Made by a program: the position numbers and the translations under genes. From Schmidtea polychroa (lineage: Eukaryota), in the NCBI GenBank assembly GCA_044892525.1, contig CM097885.1, positions 51,710,001 through 51,774,000 of the forward strand: a DNA stretch of 64,000 nt. The letters run 5' to 3'. Below, piece after piece: positions 12,937 through 27,810 of this stretch (position 1 is the stretch's first letter; each line of letters starts with the position of its first letter). The notes below the pieces were generated by a model. It was given only the letters and a program-made list of their open reading frames with translations, ran no database searches and had not been told where the DNA came from.

Positions 12937-13620
12937 GTGAATAAACACAATAAGCCTCCAATCACACCTTTCCCAACGGGTTTGAGATTCGACACACTTC
13001 ACATTGACCTAGTCGGTAAACTCCCAGCAGACGACAGATTCTTTTACATTCTGACAATGATTGATCGGAAAACACGCTAGTTCGAGGCCATTCCTATTCG
13101 TGACATCACTTCGCACACGGTTGCACATGCTTTAGTATCCATATGGTTCTCACTTTATGGAATCTTAAATCCTAATATCACAGCCCAAGACTACAATTTG
13201 AATCAGAACTTTTTGAACATTTTACATCCGGCCTTGGCATCAAACCCTTATGAACCAGATCCTTATAATCCGCAAACAAACGGTCTTGTCGAACGTACTC
13301 ATTGGACTTTGAAAGCATCTCTCAGAATACTCTCAACATCAACTTCATGGGTCAAAGCGTAACCATTTGTTTTACTAGGATCGTTCAAGCGAAGTGTCGC
13401 CTTCACGACATTTGTTTGGATCCAACCCTTTCATGTAAAACGAACTCATTGAACTTTACAATGACTCACCATTAGACGAGATCAATATCACGTGCAAAAA
13501 TATTTGAGTTGATATATTAATCCGTCATTTACATATTCCACATCCTACACACCATATATACCACCGCCCCTTTTCTCAGCAACTCACTCATGGATGAGAA
13601 CAATCTTCAAACCGCAAACC
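12937..13620 (+). pseudogene. Gypsy integrase remnant
   Basis: RFDTLHIDLVGKLP..YILTMIDRKTR*FEAIPI and PYNPQTNGLVER; stops and frameshifts; no LTRs seen. Confidence 0.8.
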
Positions 13621-13959
13621 CATTTCTTGCTGATGGTGTAATAATACAATAACTTCAACATACATCCTGAAAGTACTTTTGACTTATTTAAAATTTGAAA
13701 ATAAATTCATAATTCATTATTAATTTAAAAAAAAGCATTTTGCTGTATTTCTATAATTGGAAAAAAAATGTTTGCTAAAGGCAATCAGTGATATTATTTT
13801 GTTTCAAAGAAGTCAATTGAATTCAAATTATTTTAATAAATCTTTTCAAATTATATTAAATATCGCCTCACTATTAAATTTGTAAAATAATAAGTAGAGA
13901 AAACATGAAAAAGAAAATAAAATATTTTTATCCCTATTTGGTATATATATATATAAAAG

Positions 13960-14411
13960 AAAGGCATCACAAATATTGATAAAATCAATTAAAGTGCAAA
14001 ATTAATTAAAACTTACTAAAAATCAAAAATTTACCTATGATTCCCGGGAAATAATTAATTGCAATTCTGTAGATAATTGCCCTTTCAAAAACAGTATAAA
14101 AGAGAACTCAAATACAGACAGTTGGTAGAAGAAACAAAGAGAAACTCACAGAATCAAACTATCAGTGATCGGAAAACTAAATATAGTAATTGGAAATAAA
14201 AGTTTCATTCTCGTACCAGAAAAGGTGATTACCCCTTGGGTAATATTTATTTAGCGAGTAATATTTATATTGAGCAAAATGTGCAAATATAGTGACAAAT
14301 TGTAATTTGATTGAAATTGAATAAATTTATTCTGTGTTGGGTTTCTATTTACTTGTTTAAATAAGAATACAATGAGTCAGAGGTAACCGACGTGAAAAAT
14401 AAAACCCAACA
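13960..14411 (+). mobile_element. Truncated solo LTR of the TGTTG...CAACA family
   Basis: Ends GAGTCAGA..ACCGAC..CCCAACA like 29418-29457 and shares AGTGATC.GAAAAC and CGTACCAGAAA; left terminus not found, so the start is approximate. Confidence 0.55.
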
Positions 14412-16188
14412 ATTCTGAATATTTTAAGACTAGTATTTTTTAACAATCTGGACATGAAAAAGCAAACTATTACAACAAATTTGTACATGCTGTTAGTGTA
14501 AATTCTAAACAATATTATTTATTATATAAAAAATTAATGCAAAAAACTAAATTAATTATATAAACTATTCGTTTAAATATTGAAGAAAAAATAAATATAT
14601 AAAGTCTTTATTTATGAAATCATCAAGCAATTGTTCAGTTTGGAACAGACAAAAACCGTCATTTGTTGACAGAAATATTTGGAAATATTTCCTAATTTAA
14701 TAAATAACATTTAATGAAAGTACGACTGTGGAAATCTACATAAATTAAAATTGTAAGTTTGATTACTAGTTTTGATTTATGATTGTCTTAAATTATAATT
14801 ACTGACAGGAAAAATAAATTCTAATGTGATATTCAATGAGATATATAATGGCTAACAAGTTTAAAGTTTATTTGTTTTTATTGGTGTCATGTTAAAAACT
14901 CAATCCGACCCAGAATTGAACAAAATAATGTTGCGATCAGTCTCTGGAACTTTGGGCTTCTTCAATATCAGACTTTAGCTGACAATTGTTTTACCGTTCA
15001 TATGAATTTTATTTATACACAAACTAGGTAGTACCAAGTTAAACTTAATTAATATTTACTAAAAACTTCAAAGTATTTATCGGACATTTTCAAACCATAA
15101 ACAACAAATTACTTTACAAAAAAATAAAAAATTGGCTCAAAAGTTAACACTTATATAAACAAAAATACGTTTATTAGTAAAATTCTTTATTTTTTTGATC
15201 ACAATCAATTTGTTTTATGATATTTTATTTATTTTAATTTTGACAAAAGATAAAAATTTTTTTATTATTTTTTTACTAAATTTTCGGTTTTGCCTTTAAC
15301 AAGTGTTATTGAGTATATTAATAAAAATATTTAATGTCATCAAAAATATTTTTCACAATACAATCTATTGGACAGTATTTATTATCATTTATATAAGGTA
15401 TTTTATTTTACAGGTTGTGAACAGTTTTATTGATAACATGATTTATTGAAATGGATTTTAAATGTCTAAAATAAAAAAAATTGAATTTTTTTTATTTAGA
15501 TATGTTAGTAATATTATTTAAACTTTTATATACAAATATATCTATAGGCATATTTACACTAATGGATGTTTTCCTATTTAAACAATTAAGTAATTTACAT
15601 TTAACTTCATGTTGGACTTTTAAAAGAAATATTATGAACTGATTGACAACAAATATTTTCAGTGAAAAGTAAAATCACTTGGTTAAGTGCGATAAAGATT
15701 TCTGTTTCAATGAAAATTATTACCATATGTTTCAGTTTTTAATTCCATCAATTAGTTTTAAAATTTCTACAACAAAATATATTTAAATAAATTATACCAG
15801 TAAAATATTTGCATAAATGCAATATTTCATTTTAATATTACAGAAAAATTATTTAATTAATAAAAATCATTGAAATCATCTAAAACAATATTACCATTGA
15901 TATATAAAACTCAATTAGAATAATAATCTTCGTAATATTTGTTTTAATTTTTTAAGTTGTATTTGTTACATATTGTGTTAAGTATTTGAAAACTTCATAA
16001 TATGAAGTTCATATTTATACTCGAAAACAATATTATCGCCAAGGTTTGAAAATTTTAATTTTAATTTTTAAATAAAAAATAAAAAATAAAAATTCTATAT
16101 TTAAAAAATTGTATATTATATGGAATGGTTATGGGACGACATTGGGTGTTTAAATGTATTATTAAATCTAGCTTTTATTTATCAGGTA

Positions 16189-16737
16189 CTAGCTTGGGTA
16201 CCTGGCATTGCACGATTTAAAAAATAGTAAACAGATTCAAAATAAAGAAATTTATTTCAAATCATTCATTTAAAAAAAAACAATTTAAAAAATACAAAAA
16301 AATTTAATTAAAAAAGAGTACATGTAATTTACATGTAATCACTTATGATAAAGCTTGTCGGTAGACTATATTTTTGGTTTGTCGAAAATCTCTAGCGTAT
16401 ACCACAACTGTTCCTCCCATTAGTTTTGTGTTTCCTTTTAAATCCTGAAGAGTTGAATCAGTTGTACACTAATCCTATTTTATAAACCTAACATGATCTA
16501 CAACTTTTACTTGTAACATTGTTGCCAATTTCACCTCCTTAGGGTATCTACTGTAGTAAATCAAGGTGACCCTGAGTAGGGTTAGGGTACCCTATGGGTG
16601 ATCATCTGGGGTTGAAACATAGCCTATGCCCTGTCCGAAGTCAAATGAGAGTCACATGCAAAGTTTCAGCCCTCTAGTTTCAACGGTTGGAATTCTATTG
16701 GTAACAAACAAACAAACTTTCATCTTTATATATTAGA
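16189..16737 (-). mobile_element. Non-autonomous Helitron-like element
   Basis: Minus strand begins A|TCTAATATATAAAG with (GTTT)n near the 5' end and ends in a degenerate hairpin plus CTAG|T. Confidence 0.65.
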
Positions 16738-16740
16738 TTA

Positions 16741-16851
<111 letters not shown>

Positions 16852-17020
16852 TAGGAAAGTAATTGCTTATATATAAAAATGGTACTTAAAAATTAATTTA
16901 GTATTTTAAAAAATTAAAAAGAGGAAATTGTTAAATTAATATTAAATATTTAAAATCAATATTAGAATGACTTTATATTACAAAATCTTTTATTGAAAAT
17001 GTATAAAAATGGAATAAATA

Positions 17021-17181
17021 TAGGGTTAGGGTACCCTATGGGTGATCATCTGGGGTTGAAAAATAGCCTATGACCTGTTCCGAGTCAAATGAGAATCACA
17101 TGTAAAATTTCAGCACCATAGATCCAACGGTGGGGACTTCTATAGAAAAGAAACAAACAAAATTTATCTTTATATATTAGA
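17021..17181 (-). mobile_element. Second, partial copy of the same Helitron 5' end
   Basis: Diverged direct repeat of 16577-16737. Confidence 0.7.
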
Positions 17182-18254
17182 TGCAAATATTTGTAGAATA
17201 AAAAATTGAAAGAAATTCTTATTAATAACTTATTTAAATGACTAAATTACATTATGTACATTGTACATATAGCAAAATTATTCAATCTTACAGCCCATTA
17301 CACTTTATAAGTAGTTCTAATTTAAAAATTTCTACAAAATTCAACTTTTAAACATTTTTTCAAATAACCTAATTTAAATAATTTGTAAACGGGCATGAAT
17401 ATTTAAAGATGTTAACGATTTTGTTTTACTTTCATAAAGTATTATACATTTTAATGGCCAAATTCACAATTTTGAGACACATTATCGTATTTCTAGACAA
17501 ATTTATAATTTGTTCAACTGCTTAGTATAATCTCTAGGTAGATTTCCTGATACATAACTAATCGCTTGAGATACTTACGATAAAATACATGTGGAAATCT
17601 CTAGATATTTCAACGTCATAAGTGACTTTTATAAATAAATAAATAATATTATAAATATATTATGATATAATATGATTCTAAATCTTATAAGTTCTTTCCA
17701 ATTTAAACAAAGTTTCATTATAGAAATTGTAATATAACTGAACTTTGATTTGATTTAATTGTTTTTGTAACGTTAAACTTGATAAATACATCAATTATTT
17801 ATAATTATGCCATTTACAAACTTAATAACTAAAAAAAGAGATTTTAAGAATTTCGTTGGATAAATTTTTGTTATTAAAACAAAATTATTTCCGATAATTC
17901 CGATATTTGTCCATCATTTTGCACAATTGTGAAATTTTCTGAATCTCAAGGAACAAAACTAACAAAATATTTAAAATCATCATACAAAAGATTTTCTAAA
18001 TATATTGTTGTCATTAATACAAAATTTCCATCCAAACCAGAGTTATTTAAAACTTTATTTGTACATTTTAAATAAAATTAATAGAAATTAATTAATGAAA
18101 TTAATTATCTACAATGTATCAAAAAATAAATAAAACATATTTCTAATTTTTGAAATATAAAGAAATAATTTTTATCTTCGAAATGTCACATATTAATTTA
18201 ATAAACAACATCAATTAATAAACACATTTATATAGCAATTTCTAAATGATTTAC

Positions 18255-18378
18255 CGTATAAAAATATTTGTGGATAATTATCATTCTCATCAAGAATATT
18301 GACGCAAACTGATACGTGAGATGTTAATACATTTCCGTTTGCGGAATCACTCAATTGAATTTGTGTACAAACTTTGTT
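18255..18378 (-). CDS. Protocadherin-like exon (NKVCTQIQLSDSANG...ILDENDNYPQIFLY), not in ORF track
   Basis: tttag acceptor, gtaaat donor, DENDNYP calcium-binding linker; phase 0 to phase 1 fits both neighbouring exons. Confidence 0.88.
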
Positions 18379-18504
18379 CTAAATGACATAAATTATTTTA
18401 ATTATATATTTTTGAATCTTGTTTATACTCGTTGATATGTAAATTAAATACAGTTGATAATTAAATATAGTTAATAATTAAATAGATAACTTAGGATTTA
18501 ATTC

Positions 18505-18616
<112 letters not shown>

Positions 18617-19069
18617 GTATAAAATGATGATTGCTTGGTAGCAGCATTTATTATTTAAAACAATAAAATGATAAAAAATAGGGTTTAAAAATCAAAATTG
18701 ACACATTTATTGAAATATTTAAATAGCATATATAAGTAGTTATTGGAGGCTTTATTTAAAATATTTTCAAATATTTTATTAGGCTTCTAGAAACTAATTA
18801 TAGAAGCTGTAAAAAATTTAAAAATTTTTAGTTTGTGTCATTTTGAAATTTTAAATGTAAAAATTTTAAAAGTTTTTAGTAAAACAATTCATTATATTTA
18901 CAACCAATGAGAGTTAAGAGAAAGGAAATAAAAGAAAGATTGAAGGGTATTTTGGGGAAGAACATTGCTAAATTCCAGGAGATTGACAAGGACTATCGTA
19001 TAGTCGAAAATTCTTTCATTAAATACATTATTTGCAGCAAAAGGCTTAAATTATCATTTTATTGTTTTA
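18617..19069 (+). mobile_element. Penelope-like family B terminal fragment, head-to-head inverted, within (ATT)n
   Basis: Near-identical to 44849-45191 and 53316-53587; 18617-18674 is in inverted orientation to the rest; contains a hammerhead. Confidence 0.65.
18979..19017 (+). ncRNA. Minimal type I hammerhead ribozyme, U3:A8 variant (family B)
   Basis: GAGA-TTGACAA-G-GACTAT-CGT-ATAGTC-GAAA-ATTC-TTTC; predicted cleavage after UUC (19013). Confidence 0.75.
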
Positions 19070-19369
19070 TATTATTATTATTATTATTATTATCATTATT
19101 ATTATTTATTAATTATTAATTATTATTAATGAAAATAATATTATAAACTAGGTTTAAAAATTTAAACACAGAAAGAAGTCCATATATTTAAATTCATTTT
19201 CAAGTTGTTTTAGTTGAAAATTGATACTTGAAGGAATTCATGGTTGAGATGAATTTTACAATGAAAGTCTCATCATGATATTATTAAATTATGTATTTTT
19301 GCCATTAAAGTTTTATTCATTATTGGATAGTTTTTTTCATAGATCTTAAGTATGTTGGATCATATGAAA

Positions 19370-20050
19370 AAGTAAGAAGTCTAAGTCAATGAATGTAAAG
19401 TATTTTGTATTTCCCAGACAATCTAATAATGATTTTGAATTTGGAATTATCTTTTAGTGATATCATTTATTTCTCTAGAATACATCCATATTCTATTCAT
19501 TCATTATCCATTGAAATTCATTTTCTTTCCTTATTATTACTAACTGAGTATTCTGGCACTTCGACAAAAACGTGCCGACATTAAAATGATTCTTCCGTTT
19601 TAATTTTTGGTTTTTCAATTAACATTTTTTAATAACATTTAATAACATTTTAATAACATTCTTTTTATAATAGTATATTCTTCTGTCCTACCCGCCTCAT
19701 AAACTTTAAAAATCAGTTTACGTACCCTAATTTTGAATGGTACAAGTCTTCTATGTTTTCCTTGCACAGAATTCTTTGATATAGACTTAAAAATATAGAC
19801 TTTTTGAACTTAAATGTCTCTAAGAACTACTTATTTGCTTCTCTATTCGTCATTTCTTTGTAAATTTTGTTTCTTTCAACAAAGCTTCTGCTTCTCTTCA
19901 ACCAGAAAGAAATTGAAAACATTTATCAACTTTTGATTTTATTTTTCGTGACCATATTTCCACATCATTTAATCATTTCGTCTTCTAAGTGACTTTCCCC
20001 ATTAAATTGCTTTATATTGAAATCCAGAAGCTCCAATATCGTCATTTTGG
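19370..20050 (-). pseudogene. Highly decayed Gypsy remnant (RT fragment; gag uncertain)
   Basis: Minus strand near 19500-19380 reads REINDITK..IPNSKSLLDCLGNTKYFTFIDL, an RT motif; boundaries are approximate. Confidence 0.5.
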
Positions 20051-20597
20051 TTAATGATTTGTATAGGTTTTGGTTTTCATAACCATATTAATTGTATTGA
20101 GGTGATTGACAGTTACATTCAAAGAAATCTCCATTAAAATTTCAAATATTTTTTAAAGAAATAATTTGAAAAACTGCCCACTTAATCATATTTTTAAATC
20201 AAACCGAATATATTAGTTATAATATTTGTTGTGCTCTTATATATTCGTTAATATTAGTTGTGCTCTAAAATGATTTAAAAGATCACATAATTATTTTAAT
20301 AGAGCTGTTGTTTAAAATGAGCTATAATTGTAATTAGATGAGATCCTAAAATAGATAATGGAAAGCTTAAAAAATTAAATGTAATTTTAAAATTATTAAT
20401 CTTAATCCTAAACCTTAACACTTAATATCCACTTTTAAACAAATTCGTTTCAACATATATTTTAATAATAGAAATACTAAAATATTGAAAATTCATTTTT
20501 TTAATTAAAACATATGACTTAGTATATTAAATAGTATTATCTATAAGCCTTTGTTGAAAAATCATTTTATTTAAATTCTTTTTAAATTATTTATTAA

Positions 20598-20831
20598 CCC
20601 TTTCGTGGATACATGAAATTTAGAAAATGTTCGCAAAGTGACACAAGTAGTTATTAAGTTTTTGTACCACTCTCGCAAATTTAGATTATGGCTAAACATA
20701 AGAGTACAAAAAAATCTGATTGGGTCACTAACTCAAATCTGATTGCTTCTGTAAGGGCACAAAATATGCAATCGCTGACGGGTATGTCCAAAGTGTTTAT
20801 GTGCGATATTTTTTATGTATCGGCGAAAGGG
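20598..20831. mobile_element. piggyBac-type MITE (234 bp)
   Basis: TTAA and TTGA flanks; TIR CCCTTTCG..GATACAT.AAA. Confidence 0.75.
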
Positions 20832-21410
20832 TTGATATAATATTAAAATTACTTATGTCTAATGTACATTTAATTACATACTTAAAATTATTTATTATTT
20901 ATAATGTAGTTTGTAATTTTCATAATTGAATGATAATTATTCATTTTCACTTTCGTAAATAAAATTTGATTATTTATTTATTTAATTTAATTTAATTTTG
21001 CTTTATTCATTTTTAAATAGTTAATTAACCATCCTAAATTTACCTGTGATAATATCATATGAATAAATTTAGGACATGATAATTTATAAATTATAATTAT
21101 TACACTAAATAATTATTAAATTTAAATATAAATATATTATTTAATATTGATAATGCTTAAATAATTTCAGAAAATTTATTATGTACAATATTGTCGCTCA
21201 GATCAAACATTTCAAATAAAATTATACAATTTATTATTTAAACAGAAAAGTTTTTCAACTTATAGAATTTTTGCCAAACGAGAAAAGTAATATTTAAGAT
21301 TAACTATCTTTGAAATTCTGACCAATTCGCCGGAGACATTGCCAGAAGCTCGTTTTAAACAAAATATTTGCCCGATGACTAATAAAGAGTAAATATAAAG
21401 CAATGTTTAC

Positions 21411-21710
21411 TTTTTTCTCTCTGTCGAAAACTTGATTGGAAAATAACGATCCGGTTTTATTCACTGTAAGTGGTTGATAAAGGTGCTCCATGCTAAGTTT
21501 AAAGATAACTCTAGCATTTTCTCCTTCATCTTTATCAAAGGCAATTAATGTTCCGATATAATGACCAATTGGTAAATTTTCCAAGATTGAAAAATCTGTA
21601 TACTCGCGCAATTCTGGAGCATTATCATTATCATCAAGCACTGTGATCGTCAACTGTGTTGATCCAGATTTACGATCATGAACTGCTTGATCCATTGCTA
21701 TGATTGTCAG
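21411..21710 (-). CDS. Protocadherin-like exon (LTIIAMDQ...DDNDNAP...AFDKDEGEN...FDREKK)
   Basis: Canonical cadherin motifs; taag acceptor, gtaaac donor; 300 nt, phase 0-0. Confidence 0.9.
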
Positions 21711-22278
21711 CTTAATTATAAAAATAATTTTATCAAGACATTAATATGAAATTAGGAGAATAAACTTTATTCCAAATTCTTTTTTAAACTTGAAAATAAA
21801 AATTAAACTACAAACATTAGAGAAATGATTCACTAAATTCTAATAATGGTCAAATGTAAAATATAGCAACATTAAGTGTAAATTTGACTAGTCTAACTGA
21901 TCATGAGTGGTAAAAATATGGCTATAATAAACTGATCAGACACATAAAAAATAATAAAGGAAACTTAAAAATGATAAATATTTTAATATATTTATCCTAC
22001 AATAATAAAAATGCATCTAAAAAAAATTTTAAACCCTCTCTTTATAAGCTTATCAGTCTAAGGCCGTCTAAAACGTCTTAATTTTTACATTTCTTCATTT
22101 TTTATTTTTTTTACATGTTCCATGATTAATTAAAATAAATTAAATAACCATTTAATAAATGAATTTAAAATATAACATGACTACAATAGTTATTACAATA
22201 TTAACTTCAAAATTTTCTGTTTTTCTTTTTATTATTATTATTAAGTTTCTTATCTATATATGATCCTAATACTTTTCA

Positions 22279-22386
<108 letters not shown>

Positions 22387-24111
22387 TAAATTACGCTTCA
22401 TTTTCAGTATTATTATATTAATTAAACATTTTATATTATTACAAATTTATTAATATATTCATCAGAATAAAAACATGTAAAATTATGTCAAATATACCAT
22501 AATAGAATGAAAATATATTTTTACAAAAAAAATAATTCTAATATATTAACAACTAATAATTGTAATATTATGATTAATCTTTTTATAAACATCTCATTAT
22601 TTAATTAAATATAAAGACAGAATTAATTTTTCCAAGTTTTTTTTATCAGTTGCCGAGCCTGTCATAAAACCTCAAGGTTAAATATTAATAGAAGAACATT
22701 AAATTTAATTAATTTGAAATTGAATCGAAAATTTATTATCGGAAATAATAAATAAAATTTTTTTTTAACTTACTTATTCAAATTAATTGATATTTTAACT
22801 CAAAATTATTGTGATAAACAAAATGAATTACAATTTAAAATTCATAAGTAATTTTCTGGTATCATTTCCATTATTTGAACAGAAAATAATTTATTAGAAA
22901 AAATATTTTTAATTTAAAACTTAATGAAGTATAAAGAAAAATAATTACAATTATCTTTTCTATTAAATGAAATATTTATTAAATGAAGAAAAATTGCAGA
23001 AAATATTTCTATTAATTCAAAAAATCAATAAATTTTTTGAGTTAATTAAAATTGTTTCCTTAAAAATTGTATTTTTAAAATTATTTTTTATTAATTAATT
23101 ATTAAATTTTTATTAATTATTTTAAAATTAAAATTGAGATAAAATGTTTTTTTTCTATTTTTCATCTTAATCAAACACTGTGAATCTCTATGAATAATTG
23201 AATAATTAATTACTTAAATTATGTCACTAAAATATTATTATTTTTACTTTGAACACAAATAATTTGGATGGTTTTGGATCAATTCAATTTATAAAAATAT
23301 CCAGACTTGATTGATCTTTTTTTCTCCGAAAATAATATTTAGTAAATTATTAAAAAATATATCAACTCATAATATTAAAAATGTTTATTTAATTAAAAAA
23401 TGTCTTGTTCTTTCAATTTAAACGTAATGTAGAAAATAATAATAATAATATTACTATACATAACTATGCCAATGTCAATAAGTGTTACGGATGTACTTAT
23501 ATGTTGATAAGTCATGTTAAATTTCGAATAAATGATAATAAAATTGTGATGCATTACGAATTTTTTTGTATTATAATAATCTCATGAAAATTTATGGTTA
23601 TTCTATTAAAAATTATGGAATACCTATTCTTAAGTCTAGGTAGGATAAAAAGTCAAAGCAAGAGAAGTTAAAATTTTTCTTCATAAAAGAAAAAATTTGT
23701 TTTGTAATTAGAAAATACATTTAAATTTTAATAAATCACAGAAACTTTCAATTGCTTAAAAATAATTAAAGTAAATTAAATAATTTTTCAAGTTTAACAT
23801 GCAATTTAATAAGTAATAAAGTATTCTAGAAATAGTTTGATGTAATATGGTTTCATAAAAAATTCCCTTTAAAAGATGATATGAATACAAATTTTTTTTT
23901 TAATTATCAACATTTGATTGATTTACTACAAACATTATTTATAAAATATTTTATCAACAAATCAAAAAATAATTGTTAATATAAAATATATTTTTACAAA
24001 TGCAGTAGATAATGAAAATAGAGAATTGTAGGTTCAATTATATTACTTATTTAAATTCTGATAAATATTTAACAATATCTTATTATATGGGACCCATTCT
24101 ATTTTTGCCTA

Positions 24112-24205
24112 TCTTATAATAATAAAGTTTATTTGAATGAAATTAAAATATTAGTAAATTTGGGTGCCAAATAAAACTTTGAACATAACGGTGGCCACGG
24201 GCTGG
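24112..24205 (+). mobile_element. Very short Helitron-like remnant
   Basis: A|TCTTATAATAATAAAG start; GTGGCCAC palindrome followed by CTGG|T. Confidence 0.35.
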
Positions 24206-24891
24206 TATTGGTTATATTATTCTTAATATTCAAACAACTTAGACATTGGTAATTTTGGCCTTAATGCAAATATCAGTCACAATTATTTTTAATTGAATAA
24301 AATATACAATATCTACTTATATTGTTATATTATTTAAAAATTGAATTAGTTTAACTTGAGAAAGTCCTATGAAGCATCATACATTAGTAATACCAATGAT
24401 AATATTAATAATAATAAATTGAAATATACTGCTATACAATAAATATTTGAAATAAAAATATTCTTAATAATAAAATTTCTTAATAATAAAAAATAAATTT
24501 CTTTGATAATCTTTTAAAAGCTTGTCAATCTATTTTCAGATTTTGGCAGAGTAGAAACCATATATTAAATATATATTTCACATAATATTGCAATTTTGTT
24601 TTAAGTGGTCAAATATTTTGGATATTATTGATTGAAACATTTTTTGTCAATCATTTCAGCAATATTCTAATTTCATTTATAAATTTTGTCAATTATTTAT
24701 ATTTTAATTGCACTCTATTTCTTGACGTAATATTTAAATTAAATTTAATTTCTAACAAAATCTTTCCAAAAATGAAAGTGAAGAACACCTTTTAAAATAC
24801 AAGAAAATTTTGAAGGGGTACATGATTGAAATTTCTATTAAAATCAGTTTAGTGAATATTTTTATCGGACACTGATTGATCTTAAGGGTAC

Positions 24892-25121
24892 TGTGATGTA
24901 ATTATAATGGTATATTTGATTTCCCTAACCTTTACCTTATATTATGTAATACCTGCATGTGTGATTTTGAATTTCTGGGTCCTCAAATTATATCACTTAT
25001 TATTATTTCCCAATAAGGTATTGCTGATTGTGTTGGTGTCGGCACACCGGGTATTATAAATAGTACCACAATTTCTTAAATAAAGTTTTTGGAATTTCTC
25101 AAGTTATTCTTATTCTTTACA
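24892..25121 (+). mobile_element. Short solo LTR (230 bp)
   Basis: TG...CA termini; near-TSD GGTAC/GTTAC; TATAAATA at 25055 and AATAAA at 25079. Confidence 0.5.
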
Positions 25122-26873
25122 GTTACGATAATAATAATATATAACAACTAAATAAAATTTGTATTAATTATAATAAAATTCAATTTTATGTGAATGACAA
25201 AAAACAAATTCAAAAAATGATCAGTTGTGATGAGAGCATAAAAAGTCGGCTACCAACGAAAAATATCTTATTCTTTTATTAAAAAACTTGTTTCAAAACT
25301 GTCAAATATGACGTTACAAATTTTTTAATACTTGAAACGCTAATTGAAAATTAAGCATGAAAATATCAGGATAAACATGTAGAAATGTTTCAGAATAAAT
25401 TCAAAAATCTTTACTAATGACATAAATTTATATATTGCGTGTATTTGAAAGATTGAAAATCTTGTTATACATTACAACGTTTTGTTTAGAAACGGAATAT
25501 CTATACACTTACCTGTTCTTTGTGTATGTACATGAATATTAGTAGTTATATAAGATGTAAATATTTCAGCAAGTAATAAAATACACATATAAAGATATAA
25601 CAAAATATTTTTAATTGAACTATTAATTTAAGCAAACATAAAATAAAACACTATTTCATCTAGCAGCATTTAATCACAAATAAGTTCCAATAACATTATT
25701 TTGTTAAAATTGTTTCAACAGATTCATCACTTAAATAGTCCGTAGTTTATTTTTAATTATTATATTTTTAAATAATGGTTTTTCCAAATTATTTTAATTG
25801 TAGTGCTTTAAATTTTCTTTGCAATCTTTATGGTATCATGCTTTTACTATTTTAGCACCCTTGACTAAAACACTAAATGCTTCGTATAATTTATAATAGT
25901 TATATATAATAATTCTTTCATAGGTGTATTCAATTTTACATTATAAGATTGTCATTGTGTTAAATGGAGAATTTAGTTAATATAATGGAATGACAATCTA
26001 TCACCATGCTAGATTTCTTGACCACTAACAACTGAGAGAATTGATTAAAATTAGTAAATATAATTGTTTGTTTGTGTTTGAAAATGTTGTATTTGGATTG
26101 GTAATTGTTTTTGCAAAGATGTTGAGTAAACAGTTGTATATTACATATATTAAATTGTCGCTGAGTTGTATTGTTTGTACTTTGTGTTTATTATTGAATT
26201 TCAAATCCTACTAAGATTATGTTCAGATGTTAATATATTATGAGTTAATATATTATGTGTTAATATATTATGTGTACACTGTGAGTACAATAAGGTATTT
26301 AAAAGCAATGTATAAGTAAAAAATGATTTGTTTGTGTTTGTATTGCCGTAATTGAAGTGATATGGAAAACCTATGTATAAAATGACATTGTGATGTATAG
26401 TAATTATTAAATTTAATTAAAAATGTATTTTAATTGAATTTCAAATTGTTAATATTTAAAAATAAAATTTATTTTTTAGTAAATTTTTTGTTCAATTAAG
26501 CAATTAAAATCTATATATTTGTTTCTTTTCTGCTAGACTATCACAGTGAAACTGTAAAATTATATAGTATAAGTTATGTTCGATTGACGTTTTTAAATAT
26601 TTTTATAAATGCCATGTTTTTATTTATATTATAATATAATTGTGAAATACAATAATTTGGAATTATGTATAAACAATACCATGGTAGATTAAAGAATTAA
26701 GTACTGTTTCAGGTGGTTACACAAGAAGCTAAATTTGCTCACTGACGTATACCTAAAGAAGTACTCATAACCAAATACTTTGACTTTGTGAATAGCCGCA
26801 ATTTTAAATTTCAATTAATTGTAGAGTATTTAGATATTAATAGAATAGAAGTTAGTACAAAATTAAAGTATAG

Positions 26874-26992
<119 letters not shown>

Positions 26993-27657
26993 TAAAATAA
27001 ATCTGTAACTTTCACAGAAAAAATTAAATTAAAATAAATAATCAAAAAATATGTCAAATCCATTTTTAATCGATTTTCAAATAATGCAGTCGAAAAAATA
27101 ATATTAATCTTGCTTTAATTCACTATATAATTATTATTGGATCGAACAATAATCCAAATAAACTATTATTTTTATTTCATTTTTCAAATATTAACTATAT
27201 TTTGTACACAGAAAGAAATCGTTGAAAATAGATTTCATTTTACCATAAACCCATACCCCGTATCTTTTATAAATGATATATTTTACACTACATAAAAATT
27301 TTGGAATACACCCAATTTGTAAACAAAGGATTTCGTGTATATTTATATTTCATATCTGTCGGAAAACCTTTTAATAATTAGGAATAGTTTAAAGAAAATA
27401 AATTATAAGCAAGAACAACTATTTTATTTATAAATGATATAATTTAATTTACAAAAGTATTAAAACTAAATATTACCATTGAAATATATTTTATTATTCT
27501 TTTTGAATATTTAATTTTGTCAACCGGAAATATTCCTATTAACATACTTTAAATTTTATGAAAAGGTTGAAATTTACAATAAAAATTACAAAAATTAAAA
27601 TCAATGAAAAAAGAGTTTAAACAAAAACAATTGAATAACGAATAAAACAAGATTTAC

Positions 27658-27810
27658 CACATATTGATTCTTTTTTTCACGGTCCAATGATTGCATTAAT
27701 TTTACCCAACCGGTCCGGGAATCTATAACGAATAAACCAGAATCCGTTGAGAACTGAATATTATACGTGATGAGAGCATTTTTACCAATATCTTCGTCAG
27801 TAGCCTGTGC
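27658..27810 (-). CDS. Protocadherin-like exon (AQATDEDIGKNALITY...IDSRTGWV..SLDREKKNQYV), not in ORF track
   Basis: tttag acceptor, gtaaat donor; 153 nt, phase 0-0; AxDxDxGxN and LDRE motifs. Confidence 0.92.

Noticed and set aside
16577..16590. TAGGGTTAGGGT telomere-like motif (also at 17021)
   Set aside because: Under two full units and part of a Helitron-like repeat; not an interstitial telomere.
18907..19119. Repeated 60-70 aa ORF MR(V/I)KRKEIKERLKG (also 44829-45011)
   Set aside because: It overlaps the hammerhead and runs into microsatellite; conservation is explained by repeat copy identity.
26690..26800. RWLH...RIPKEVL, resembling a non-LTR RT C-terminus
   Set aside because: Too short and frameshifted to support without a search.
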